Assembly (NCBI GenBank): GCA_964482435.1
Contig: CAYZXL010000003.1
Span: 69,472 to 133,471 of the forward strand
Length of the DNA: 64,000 nucleotides
Direction of reading: 5' to 3'
From: an uncultured Verrucomicrobiota bacterium
GTDB taxonomy: Bacteria > Auribacterota > JABMQX01
Part shown: piece after piece, positions 19,877 to 29,196 of the stretch
How the letters are laid out: the number at the start of each line of letters is the position of its first letter
Position numbering within the stretch: position 1 is the stretch's first letter
The notes under the pieces: generated by a model
The model's database searches: none
What the model was told of the DNA's origin: nothing
The model's input: only the letters and a program-made list of their open reading frames with translations
Position numbers and translations under genes: made by a program

Positions 19877-20821
19877 ATGGGAACTTCCCACCGCAAAAGC
19901 GAAGACCCCACGAAAAGTCTGTCAGCAGGACTCTCCCCGGAAGTCCTCCGGGACAATTTTGTTCTCTACCTGCGCGACGTGCGGAGCGCTTCTTCCCATA
20001 CCGTCCGAAACTACGCCTCCGACATCACGGCTTTTCTCGGTTATCTCCGTGAGATTTCGCCGTCATACGAATTGAAATACGTGGACCGCTCCACAATAAG
20101 AAGCTATTTGACAAAGCTGTATGTCAAGCGAGAGGCGAAGGCCACCACGCAGAGAAAGCTTTCCGCTCTGAAGACCTTCTTCAAGTTTCTGGTTCGGGAG
20201 GGCTTCTTAGAGAGAAACGTCCTGTCGCCGGTTCGCAGTCCAAAAGGTGAGCGGCGTCTTCCCAAGTTCCTCGACGCGGAGGAAGTCATTCGACTCATCG
20301 GAGCGCCCGACACATCCACCATTCTTGGCTTGCGAGACCGAGCAATCTTCGAACTTCTGTACAGCACCGGAATCAGAGTGAGCGAACTCGTCGGCCTCAA
20401 CGTCGAGGACATTGACCTCGTCGGGGAAGTGCTCAAAGTGAGAGGAAAAGGGAAGCAGCAGCGCATGGCACCCATGGGACGTTACGCGGCGGTTGCTCTG
20501 AACGATTATCTCAACAGCCCGAAGCGGCGAGCGTCTTCCCCCGGAGACGCTGTGTTTCTCAACCGCTTTGGACGCCGCATCACAACCAGGAGCGTCGCAC
20601 GCATCGTCGGGAAATACGTCCGGCAAACGGCCCTCAAGACGGGAATTTCCCCTCACACACTGAGACACACTTTTGCGACGCATCTTTTGAACGCCGGCGC
20701 AGACCTCAGGTCCATCCAGGAGCTTCTCGGTCACAAGTCGCTCTCATCAACAGTCATTTACACGCACGTCTCGACGGAAAAAATGCAGGAGGTTTACTCC
20801 AAATCGCATCCCAGGGCATAA
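19877..20821 (+). CDS. xerC: tyrosine site-specific recombinase, XerC/XerD family
   Basis: N-terminal SAM-like domain (FVLYLRDVRSASSHTVRNYASDITAF). Catalytic R...HxxR...Y with ELLGHKSLSSTVIYTHVS. XerC versus XerD cannot be resolved from sequence alone. Confidence 0.75.
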   Translation: MGTSHRKSEDPTKSLSAGLSPEVLRDNFVLYLRDVRSASSHTVRNYASDITAFLGYLREISPSYELKYVDRSTIRSYLTKLYVKREAKATTQRKLSALKTFFKFLVREGFLERNVLSPVRSPKGERRLPKFLDAEEVIRLIGAPDTSTILGLRDRAIFELLYSTGIRVSELVGLNVEDIDLVGEVLKVRGKGKQQRMAPMGRYAAVALNDYLNSPKRRASSPGDAVFLNRFGRRITTRSVARIVGKYVRQTALKTGISPHTLRHTFATHLLNAGADLRSIQELLGHKSLSSTVIYTHVSTEKMQEVYSKSHPRA

Positions 20822-21013
20822 CTCGTCGTGTCGCGAGGCAGTCCTCATCGGAGCATTTGTGAGCTGTGAAATGACCAAAAATCAGCGAAGGAGGAAAGGG
20901 AATCGCGCAGAGCCAGCGAAAGCGTCAGACGCCAACCCCGATTCGCTCTGGCGGTCCCCCGGCCCCTGGGTACGCGGCTGCGAAAGTCCTCTTAAACCAT
21001 CTTTCCCTGCGCG

Positions 21014-22318
21014 GTGGCTCGCATGTCCTGCTTGTACAGCATTGCGATTCTCAAGGTCTCTGTCGTTCTTTTCCCATACTTCCTTTTTCGCCTCCTGAGC
21101 GAGAGGAAGCATCGAGCCGGCCTCTCCCAGAGGTTCGGCTTCATTCCCCGTCGCGTTCTGGAGAAGCGAACGGGCAAACCCGTCATCTGGGTCCATTGCG
21201 TTTCCGTGGGGGAAGTTCTTGCAGCAGCGCCGCTCATCAAGCAGATTCGCGGGCAATTCCACGGCTATCAGCTTCTCCTCTCGACGACGACTGTCACCGG
21301 TCAGGGGATTTGTCGGAAAACGGTGGCCGCACCGGAAGACCTCGTGATTTACTTCCCTGTTGACCTTCCCTTCGTGGTGCGCCGCGTTCTCGCGCTTTTT
21401 TCTCCTCGAGCAATTCTCCTGATGGAAACCGAAATCTGGCCAAATCTGATCAAGGAAGAGAAGAGAAGAGAAATCAAGCTCCTGCTTGTCAACGGAAGGC
21501 TCTCTGACAAAAGCTTCTTGCGCTACCGAAAACTCAGGCCGTTCATCCGCCCGCTCCTTCGCTCCTTTTCTTTCATCGGGATGCAAACCGAGCAGGGAAA
21601 GGAGAGGATGCTGGAGCTTGGGTCGTCGAAGCAAGTTGCCTGCGTCATGGGGTCAATGAAATACGAGGCGGCCTTGTCATCGGTGCCTTCCGACGGGGAG
21701 GTTCGAACGTTGCGCATGGAATTGGGGATTCCGGAAAAAAGGGTCATTGTTGCGGGAAGCACTCACCGCGGCGAAGAACAACTGGCTCTCCGGGCGTATC
21801 TCGAACTGAAACAGCGTTATCCCGACCTCTTCCTCGTCATCGCCCCACGGCATCCGGAACGATTTGGGGAAGTGGAGAATTTGCTTCGTCAAAATCGTGT
21901 TCCTTACTTGCTCAGGTCGGCAAAAACCGCCGCAGCGCCTCCCTGCGCAGTGATCCTCCTCGATACGCTCGGCGAGCTTATGAAATTCTACGCCATGGCG
22001 ACTGTCGCTCTCGTCGGCAAGAGCCTGACCCAGAGAGGCGGCCACAACCCCCTGGAGCCCGCCGCCTGCGCCAGGCCCGTCCTCTTCGGGCGGCACATGG
22101 AAAACTTCCGGGAAGTCGCCGACATCCTGCTGGCGGAGGGCGGCGCCCTTCGGGTCTCCAACTATGGAGAGCTTGTCTCTGCTTTCGATTCGCTCCTGGG
22201 CGACGAGGCTGCTGCCAAAGAAATGGGCTGCCGCGCGAGGAAAGCGGTCGAGTCCCACACAGGCGCCGTTGACCGGGCCGTCACCCGGCTCCAGCAAATC
22301 CTTCGTGTGGGCGCTTGA
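21014..22318 (+). CDS. waaA: 3-deoxy-D-manno-octulosonic acid (Kdo) transferase
   Basis: N-terminal membrane anchor. PVIWVHCVSVGEVLAAAPLI and GT-B C-terminal half typical of KdtA/WaaA. Confidence 0.8.
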   Translation: MARMSCLYSIAILKVSVVLFPYFLFRLLSERKHRAGLSQRFGFIPRRVLEKRTGKPVIWVHCVSVGEVLAAAPLIKQIRGQFHGYQLLLSTTTVTGQGICRKTVAAPEDLVIYFPVDLPFVVRRVLALFSPRAILLMETEIWPNLIKEEKRREIKLLLVNGRLSDKSFLRYRKLRPFIRPLLRSFSFIGMQTEQGKERMLELGSSKQVACVMGSMKYEAALSSVPSDGEVRTLRMELGIPEKRVIVAGSTHRGEEQLALRAYLELKQRYPDLFLVIAPRHPERFGEVENLLRQNRVPYLLRSAKTAAAPPCAVILLDTLGELMKFYAMATVALVGKSLTQRGGHNPLEPAACARPVLFGRHMENFREVADILLAEGGALRVSNYGELVSAFDSLLGDEAAAKEMGCRARKAVESHTGAVDRAVTRLQQILRVGA

Positions 22319-22574
22319 GCATCGAACGAGCACCGAAGCCCCCTTGAACCACAGAGGCGGCGCGGCCCGGTTGGCCGCGAGGCAGCTCACCCGAAGCCGG
22401 CGCCCTCTTTTCACGTCCGTCCCCTCCTGCGCCGGGAAGCCGGACGCCTGCCCGCGTGATTCACCGCTGGGAGTGCGAGGGCGTGTCGTTGAAATCCCCA
22501 TGGCTCGTGTTTCAATGTGCGATACGATGGCGGGCGATCATCTTTGGCCAACCCACAACGGTGCACTGTCGGCC

Positions 22575-22603
22575 TTGCCAGTTTCCCGTTCCTGGTGTAT
22601 GAT
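22575..22603 (+). promoter_or_regulatory. candidate sigma70 promoter
   Basis: TTGCCA-N17-TATGAT with TG immediately 5' of the -10. About 55 bp upstream of the 22661 start codon. Confidence 0.4.
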
Positions 22604-22660
22604 AAAAATCGAATGCGGGCTTAACAAGGCGTACTCATTCGCGGAGGTCGCCGTCGAACA

Positions 22661-23128
22661 ATGGGTCGCGGATTCTTCCTTCGTTTGTCCGGCGTGCTCG
22701 CTATGTCAATGTTATTGACCGGCTGTCTTCTCAACACGCCCGAGCGAGTCGTAAGGCTGTTCATAGACAACCTCAGAGCGATTCAGTGGGATGAGATGGC
22801 TCGCCTTGTTGACTGGCCTCAGTCTGCCGAATACTTGCCCGCTGTGCCCGCAACTAATACCGGCGAGGACGAAGCGAAAAGGGAGGTGCTGCTTCAGCTC
22901 GCGGAGAACCTGAGCAGGTTCCCCGTTCGAAAGAAGACCCCCGACCAGACTCGGCATGAGTTTCTTTATTTAAGGCTTTCTCGGCTGGAGCAGATGAACA
23001 AAGGCAAAAACTGGGCGTGGTTTGAAATCACCATCTCCGTAGATGCGCGAATCAAAACCGTCCAAATCCTCGTCATGAAAATAAAACGAATCTGGCGCGT
23101 CGTCTTGACGGACAGCCTTTTCAAATAG
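22661..23128 (+). CDS. lipoprotein, hypothetical
   Basis: Signal plus lipobox LLTGC. 155 aa. Confidence 0.45.
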   Translation: MGRGFFLRLSGVLAMSMLLTGCLLNTPERVVRLFIDNLRAIQWDEMARLVDWPQSAEYLPAVPATNTGEDEAKREVLLQLAENLSRFPVRKKTPDQTRHEFLYLRLSRLEQMNKGKNWAWFEITISVDARIKTVQILVMKIKRIWRVVLTDSLFK

Positions 23129-23219
23129 CGTTTGCTTCGGCGCGGAGGTCCAGCCTCCGCAGCGAAATCTTTGCCCGCGGGAGGCCCCGGCGCCATGAAA
23201 GGAAAGGAGCGGTGAGATA

Positions 23220-23771
23220 ATGTTTCCCAGGAAGAAATGGTTAGTTTTGCTTGTGGTGGTTTTTCCGGTCTTGCTCGTCAGCGGCTGTCGAAAAGAGAAA
23301 GAACAGCAAAAGAAACCAGCGAGACGACAGGTCCAGAAGAGGGTTGACGCACGCGCCATCAGGGCATGCGAAAGCGCTGTGACAGCTTATCTCGACGCTG
23401 TCGCGGCGAAAGACTTCAAAAAGGCATTGGACTCCATTGACCTCGAACAAATGGTTCGGGAAGCGAGCGAGAAACCGGCCAGCGTTGCCGCCTCCTCGCC
23501 CTCCAACGCCGGCCAGATGAAGGAACAGCTCCTCCTGATGCTGGAGAAGATGCCTCAAGACAAAGGGAAACTCACGTACAAAATCCTCGGCTCGGAGGTC
23601 TCTGGTGACGAGGCGACCGTTGAGGTTGAACTCTACCGAGACGGGACGGTCTCGGATAAGGAAGCCTATGCCCTGGTCAAGACGCCGGATGGGTGGAAGC
23701 TCCGTGGGTCGGCCATTCGTGCCTTGCTCCCTCCTATGAAACCGGCCCTCCCGAGAAACGCTGCCCCATAG
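23220..23771 (+). CDS. lipoprotein, hypothetical
   Basis: Signal plus lipobox LLVSGC. 183 aa. Confidence 0.45.
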   Translation: MFPRKKWLVLLVVVFPVLLVSGCRKEKEQQKKPARRQVQKRVDARAIRACESAVTAYLDAVAAKDFKKALDSIDLEQMVREASEKPASVAASSPSNAGQMKEQLLLMLEKMPQDKGKLTYKILGSEVSGDEATVEVELYRDGTVSDKEAYALVKTPDGWKLRGSAIRALLPPMKPALPRNAAP

Positions 23772-24535
23772 ACCCGGGGTCCATTGAGCCGGAGCTCTAC
23801 GCTCCCATTGCCAAAAAGGGACGCGGAGACGTCGTCCTCCACCCCATACCACCTTCGGCGCTTTTTGTGCGGGAAACCTGCGGCTGCATTCTGGGCGTGT
23901 CTCAGGCGGCTTCTCAGAGTGCGGCTACGTCTGAGTGGTGGAATGAGAGCCGAGGGCTCGACGAGGGCAGCCACCGGTTGGCCGTAACACCGCCTCCCAG
24001 GGGGGAGCAGTCTGGAGGGTATGCTCCGCCGCGAAACCCGATTTAGCTTGCATCGCGCCACGCGGCTTTTCGCGGGTCCAGGCTTCGACCGCTCGCGCGG
24101 GCTGCCAACGAACTGCGTCTGAAGCTGGAGCCCTCGATGAACAAATCTGTTCATACACAGCGCACAAGGCCGTCGCGCCCGGGCCATCGTGCGCTCTTTT
24201 CTGAACGTACCGAAGGGCCACTTGGTGCGAGCTTGCTCGAAAAACCGCTCTACCGAAGCCGCTTTTGCGACAAATCGAGCGTAAATGCTTGCGATCCGGG
24301 GTAAAAAAGCATCGCTCGGGCGGGTTGCTGACCGGCCTGCCAGTTGGCAACACCGTTGGAATCGTTCTTGCCTTGTTCCTCGCCATCCTTTTCAGCGCGC
24401 AAACCGCCACGCTTTTGTGGCCGTGCACACTGTGGCCAGAAAGAGCGGGGGGCGCGCTATCTCCTGCGGTTTAGAAGTCGCACTCGCCGTAGGACAACTT
24501 CACACAGTTCAATCGTAACGTCGCCGGGAGAGACT

Positions 24536-25936
24536 ATGCGCTACAGGGCCGTGCTATGCGCTGTGGCAGGAATTGCCGTGCTGTTCACGGAGCGGGATTG
24601 TTGCTCCGATCCTTTCACCTTTTACGATGATTTTGAAGGCTACGCAAACACCACACAGATGAGGGTCGTCTGGGACCCAGACAGCAGCATCTTTCTGGGC
24701 CAGCAGGGTTCCAACCAATATCTCAGGTATCGAGTAGCCGCTGGAAGCGCAAGAAGAGCCTCGACCTGGATAAACCCCACCGGCAGTCTGATGGGAGATA
24801 ATCTCAGCGCCTACGTAAGGTGCACCGCGGTCAATTCGGGGTATGCCTACTTCTACCTCAGGTCAGGGAGTTACGATTACAGGTCTATTGCGCGGTATCC
24901 ACTGAGCACAGGGATGGGATGGGCTACCTTCAGCCTCTCAGACATTGTACCGGACGATTTCGTGCGGTTCAGCGGCAAGGGCACGCCAGACCTCTCCAAT
25001 GTGAACAGACTTGGAGTAACCTTTTGGGTAAACACGCAGGGCCTCGGCTACCAGTACATGGAAGCAGACAACTTCTCAGTCACTCCGGAGCCGTGCGCTC
25101 TGCTTGCGCTCGGTGTGCCATGCGGAATTCTGACCCGATCAATGCTGCGAAGAAAGACACGCTTACGGCCTCGTGTGGTTGGCGCCTCGCTTTCAAGCGC
25201 GCTTTTTAGTCAACAATTTCCGTCTTGTCCTCGCGAGCTATGGGCACGACAAGGCTGTCAGGAGTTCTCCCCTCCCCTACGGGCGCAGTGTTCAGATTTA
25301 TCCCCGGCAAAAAGCGAGTCAGGTGACTGGCGCGCCCTTTGTTCGGGGTGGCCGCGTTTCGTGAGGGTGCCGTTCTTCGACCAGAGCAGCTTCTCCTCCA
25401 CATCCAAGGCCGGGATGAGGGGGCGTGCATCCGCACGGGTTGAACTCGCGGTTGAGCCGCCAGACGCAACGGCGTGCCGTAGCGCGCAAAATTGCGCAAC
25501 ATTCGCACCGGGAACGGACAAGTTTGTACCCTCTTCGGCCTGGAGAACGGACGGAACCCGGCGCCAGGGAATCTTTCGGCAACTGGCCGCATTGTTTTGT
25601 CCATCCCACTATCCAGATTATCCCGGGAAAAACCACCGCTCTATCCGAAATCTCCATCAAGTCAAGACATTTCCGCAAGTTTTTTCCCCGTCATGGGAAC
25701 ATGCGGATTTTTGCCCAAGTTCGCCGCTCGGTTGGCAGCGTTCTTGCTTACCGTCCACCGGTCGTTTCGCCGCAGCGTTGACTCCTGTTGACCGGGCGAA
25801 ACGTCGCGCTAAGGAACTCACCAACTTCGATAGTGTCGCCGTGGGGACTATACAAGTCAAGTCGTTGAGGCGGACTGTGCGCGGAGCCCGCTTCGATTTA
25901 AGTTTTAGACAATCACCACGGGATTTCACTCGATAG
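24536..25936 (+). CDS. PEP-CTERM-like secreted protein with anomalous C-terminal read-through (possible pseudogene or lost stop)
   Basis: Start MRYRAVLCAVAGIAVLF (signal peptide). PEP-CTERM sorting motif VTPEPCALLALGVPCGILTRSMLRRKTR ends about 25162. The frame then continues without a stop for ~260 low-complexity codons to 25936. Confidence 0.45.
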   Translation: MRYRAVLCAVAGIAVLFTERDCCSDPFTFYDDFEGYANTTQMRVVWDPDSSIFLGQQGSNQYLRYRVAAGSARRASTWINPTGSLMGDNLSAYVRCTAVNSGYAYFYLRSGSYDYRSIARYPLSTGMGWATFSLSDIVPDDFVRFSGKGTPDLSNVNRLGVTFWVNTQGLGYQYMEADNFSVTPEPCALLALGVPCGILTRSMLRRKTRLRPRVVGASLSSALFSQQFPSCPRELWARQGCQEFSPPLRAQCSDLSPAKSESGDWRALCSGWPRFVRVPFFDQSSFSSTSKAGMRGRASARVELAVEPPDATACRSAQNCATFAPGTDKFVPSSAWRTDGTRRQGIFRQLAALFCPSHYPDYPGKNHRSIRNLHQVKTFPQVFSPSWEHADFCPSSPLGWQRSCLPSTGRFAAALTPVDRAKRRAKELTNFDSVAVGTIQVKSLRRTVRGARFDLSFRQSPRDFTR

Positions 25937-26007
25937 GGGCGCCGTTAGGTCGCTTCAGTGCATGATCAAGCGCGCGAAGAACAGGCATAGAAAGGAGGTG
26001 AGAAAAG

Positions 26008-26490
26008 ATGAACAAAGTAGTGAGAGGTCTGGCGGTCGCTCTTGTGACCGTCGCTTTGGTCGGGACAGCGAGCGCTGCCACAAGTACCTCCCAGGTGCAG
26101 GTGACGGTTCCTCTGTTCGATATCCTTTCGGTATCGAACTCCGGGGTGATCACGCTCAGCGTTTCGCAGGGTGATAGCGAGATGACGGGCAGCGATAACA
26201 GCGCGTTGCTCTGGTATGTGCACACCGGCAGCGGCAGCAAGAAGATAACCGCGGCAGTCACCACGGACCCCAGCGGGGCAGACGACATCACGCTTACCGT
26301 CCAGGTTACCGATGGTAACGGTCAACAGACTATTTACCTTTCGGGGACAGCGACGGCGGCGAAGGATGTTTACACAAACATTTCCCGCGGGATTCTTTGG
26401 AACAAAACTGTCGCCTACACCGCCGCTGCGACCACTACTGAGGCAGGGTCCTACACGTTCGTGGTCACATTCACGAGCACGGATCAGTAG
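26008..26490 (+). CDS. SCPU (spore coat U)/Csu-type pilin-like secreted subunit
   Basis: AAAGGAGG RBS. Signal peptide ...GTASA. N-terminal ATSTSQVQVTV donor-strand-like segment. C-terminal GSYTFVVTFTSTDQ resembling the SCPU tail (G-x-Y-x-D-T-V-T-V-T-V). Confidence 0.55.
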   Translation: MNKVVRGLAVALVTVALVGTASAATSTSQVQVTVPLFDILSVSNSGVITLSVSQGDSEMTGSDNSALLWYVHTGSGSKKITAAVTTDPSGADDITLTVQVTDGNGQQTIYLSGTATAAKDVYTNISRGILWNKTVAYTAAATTTEAGSYTFVVTFTSTDQ

Positions 26491-26586
26491 TGCGTCTCTG
26501 TTCATGTGTGAGAGGCCCGGGGGGCCTGAAAGGGCCCCCTCGGGGCCCCTCGAGCAATCGAGGGAGTTTCCAGGGAACAACGCGAG

Positions 26587-27078
26587 ATGAAACTGAGAAG
26601 GTTTTCCAAAGTTGTAAGCTTAATTGTCTCCATCGGAGAAGCAAGTGGCTACTACCCCACTGCGGGAGGGGTATCAATCGCGGTTGTCGGCGACTGGAAC
26701 ACGACTATCAGCGCGACCGACCTAACCCACGGAATAGAGGGTATCCCCAGGGCGATGCGCCCCGCCAGCGCCTTCGAGAGCAGTTGCCGCAGCGCCGCCG
26801 ATCAGATTCGCCTCGAGGTCTCAGGGGCAAGAGGGAGATGGAAGGTCTTTGTTCGCAAGGGCGACGCCAACTGGCCGGACGACTTCGTACTCAAGGTCGA
26901 AAAAAGCTCCGGAGCCGACCGCCGGATAGTAACTGTCAGCGACGCGGATAAAGAGTTTTTCTCCGGCACCGGTAACGGCGTTCACTGCATACAAATCGGC
27001 TTAGATGGGCTATCCGCGGCAGTCGCCGCCGGCACTTACACGACGACGCTTGTTTTCACTATAACGGATGGCGAGTAA
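26587..27078 (+). CDS. second SCPU/Csu-like subunit (minor subunit or adhesin candidate)
   Basis: Ends AAGTYTTTLVFTITDGE, the same tail pattern as the subunit above. The N-terminus is atypical. Confidence 0.45.
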   Translation: MKLRRFSKVVSLIVSIGEASGYYPTAGGVSIAVVGDWNTTISATDLTHGIEGIPRAMRPASAFESSCRSAADQIRLEVSGARGRWKVFVRKGDANWPDDFVLKVEKSSGADRRIVTVSDADKEFFSGTGNGVHCIQIGLDGLSAAVAAGTYTTTLVFTITDGE

Positions 27079-27090
27079 GGGGAGAAAGCG

Positions 27091-27960
27091 ATGAGTAACT
27101 TGAAGACGAAAAGAGAAAAAACATGGGCATGGTGGTTGAGCTTGCTCGTGATGTCTTCCTGGGCAGTTCTTTCGGCCGCCCCTGCATGGGCCGCGACCGC
27201 GGTTGTGGGAGGATTGACGCGCGAGACAACCTCGAGGGTCGGGGAAACTTATCGGGGCGTCGTCGTCTTGAAGAACGATGGCGACGAGCCGCAAGAGGTC
27301 AAACTTTACCAAACCGACTACATGTTTAACAGCGAGGGAACAACGTTCTACGGCGAGCCGGGCAAATTGGAGCGTTCAAACGCCGATTGGGTCTCCTTCA
27401 GTCCCAGCAGGCTGACAATCCCTGCGAAGGGTTCTGCGGGGGTGGACTACACGGTTGAGGTTCCGGACGATAAGTCCATGACGGGGACCTACTGGAGCAT
27501 TCTGATGGTGGAGCCCATAGGGAGCAATTCCCCCGAAGCGACCTATCGGCTCGAGGCCGCAAATGTCTCGGTGGGTATCCGCGAGGTTACACGGTTGGGG
27601 ATTCAGGTTGTGACCCATATCGGGGATACCGGCAAGCCCAGACCATACTTTCTGAGGGCAAGGCTCACGACGAAACAAGACAGCACCCGCGTGCTGTGTG
27701 TTGACCTGGAAAACAGAGGGGAACGATGGATGATCCCCACCGTCTGGGCGGAGGCGTACGACGAGGAGGGGCGTCTCCTCGGCAGTTTCCAGGGCGGAAA
27801 GAAGCGAATCTATCCGGGAACTTCCGTCAGGTACGAGACCGACCTGAGCAATCTGCCGGAAGGGAGCTACAGGGTCCTGGTCGTGGCAGACGCGGGCAAT
27901 GACCAGGTTTTCGGCGCTAACTACACTCTGAAACTTCACAAGGCACCCACTGGAGAATAG
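27091..27960 (+). CDS. putative periplasmic pilus chaperone (PapD-like, tentative)
   Basis: Signal peptide. Beta-sandwich-like alternation with YRGVVVLKNDGDEPQEVKLYQTDYMF and GTYWSILMVEPIG, reminiscent of the PapD N-domain. The position between subunits and the usher-like gene fits Csu gene order. The assignment is tentative. Confidence 0.35.
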   Translation: MSNLKTKREKTWAWWLSLLVMSSWAVLSAAPAWAATAVVGGLTRETTSRVGETYRGVVVLKNDGDEPQEVKLYQTDYMFNSEGTTFYGEPGKLERSNADWVSFSPSRLTIPAKGSAGVDYTVEVPDDKSMTGTYWSILMVEPIGSNSPEATYRLEAANVSVGIREVTRLGIQVVTHIGDTGKPRPYFLRARLTTKQDSTRVLCVDLENRGERWMIPTVWAEAYDEEGRLLGSFQGGKKRIYPGTSVRYETDLSNLPEGSYRVLVVADAGNDQVFGANYTLKLHKAPTGE

Positions 27961-27966
27961 CAGATA

Positions 27967-29196
27967 GTGCGTGGCAAATGGGCACTCATTCTTGCTGGCG
28001 CTGGGCTTCTCGCCGACATCCATACTCAGGCCGCCGGCAGCCCTGTCTCGGTCAGCCCGGCAAGGGAATCGGTTCTCGAGACCAATCCAAGACAGGTGGT
28101 AACCGCGGCTTTTCGGGTTACCAACAGCAGCGAGGAAATGAAAGACCTTCTCGTTCGGGTGGACCTCCCGAGCGGGTGGAATCGTTTGAGCGAGGAGGCC
28201 CCTTTCCAGCTCGGGCCCGGCGAGAGCACCGTCAGACTCATGAGCTTTTTCGTTCCCTCAGAAGCCCTCCCCGGCACTTACGAACTCACCTACTCCCTCT
28301 CTAACCCCGAGACCGGAACTCTTCTTGGCGCGTCTCCCTTGAGTGTGATTGTTGTGCCGTTCACGAAACTGGAGGCGAAGTTACTGCGAGCTCCCGATTA
28401 CGTGGTTGCCGGGGAGGAGTATCAGGCCTTGTTCACTGTTACGAACCATGGGAATGCCATCTGTGCCACACGGGTGAAACTTGACAGTAGCGACGGTTTC
28501 GCGGCCAACCCAGACCCCGCGATGCTCGAGCTTGGCCCGGGACAGTCCAGAGAAGTCGCGGCAACAGTCAAGACCGATCCGGGATTCCGGCAGGAAGGAA
28601 CTCATCGGCTCGAACTGCGGCTGATACCGCCGGAGGGCGACGAGGGCAAACCGTTAGCGTCGGCGAAGAGCTCTGTCGAGATTGTGCCCCAGGTGGCGGG
28701 GACGGACGACCCCTTCCATCGGCTGCCGGTGAAATTTGCCGTTCGCAGCATCACCGAGAGCGGCCTCGCCAGAGACCAGAAGTTCCAGGCCAACTTCATG
28801 GGCTCGGGGACCCTCGACGACGAGGGGAAAAAGCGGATTGATTTTCTGTTTCGCGGGCCAGATGCCCACGATTGGTCAACTCTCGCCGAGAGGGATGAGT
28901 ATCGCCTCAGCTATCAGACCGACAAGTACCAGGTCCATCTCGGCGACCACATCTATTCCCTTTCCCCCTTGACTGAATGGTATCGCTACGGTTGCGGGAT
29001 TGACGTAGGCTTTAATTTTGACCGGTTCAGCCTTGGCGGATACCGCCAGGAAAGCCGCTGGTTCGAGCCGAAAGAGGAGCAGGTCGGCGCACGTTTGGGC
29101 TATCAAATAGCGGATAATTACAGCATCGGCCTTAATTGCCTGAAAAAAAAAACGCTGACCCATCGTTTCGACCAGGGAGTGACGGCGAGATTGTGA
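27967..29196 (+). CDS. outer-membrane usher-like protein, N-terminal fragment (frameshifted at A10)
   Basis: Signal peptide. Three CARDB/DUF11-like Ig domains (VTNSSEEMKDLLVRVDLPSGW, VTNHGNAICATRVKLDSSDGF). Start of beta-barrel-like strands. Terminates 15 codons after the A10 tract at 29143-29152. Confidence 0.5.
   Translation: MRGKWALILAGAGLLADIHTQAAGSPVSVSPARESVLETNPRQVVTAAFRVTNSSEEMKDLLVRVDLPSGWNRLSEEAPFQLGPGESTVRLMSFFVPSEALPGTYELTYSLSNPETGTLLGASPLSVIVVPFTKLEAKLLRAPDYVVAGEEYQALFTVTNHGNAICATRVKLDSSDGFAANPDPAMLELGPGQSREVAATVKTDPGFRQEGTHRLELRLIPPEGDEGKPLASAKSSVEIVPQVAGTDDPFHRLPVKFAVRSITESGLARDQKFQANFMGSGTLDDEGKKRIDFLFRGPDAHDWSTLAERDEYRLSYQTDKYQVHLGDHIYSLSPLTEWYRYGCGIDVGFNFDRFSLGGYRQESRWFEPKEEQVGARLGYQIADNYSIGLNCLKKKTLTHRFDQGVTARL

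Noticed and set aside
24343-24358. TGGCAAC-N4-TTGGA upstream of the PEP-CTERM gene as a sigma54 promoter
   Set aside because: The -12 element lacks GC and the spacing is off by one. Too weak to call.
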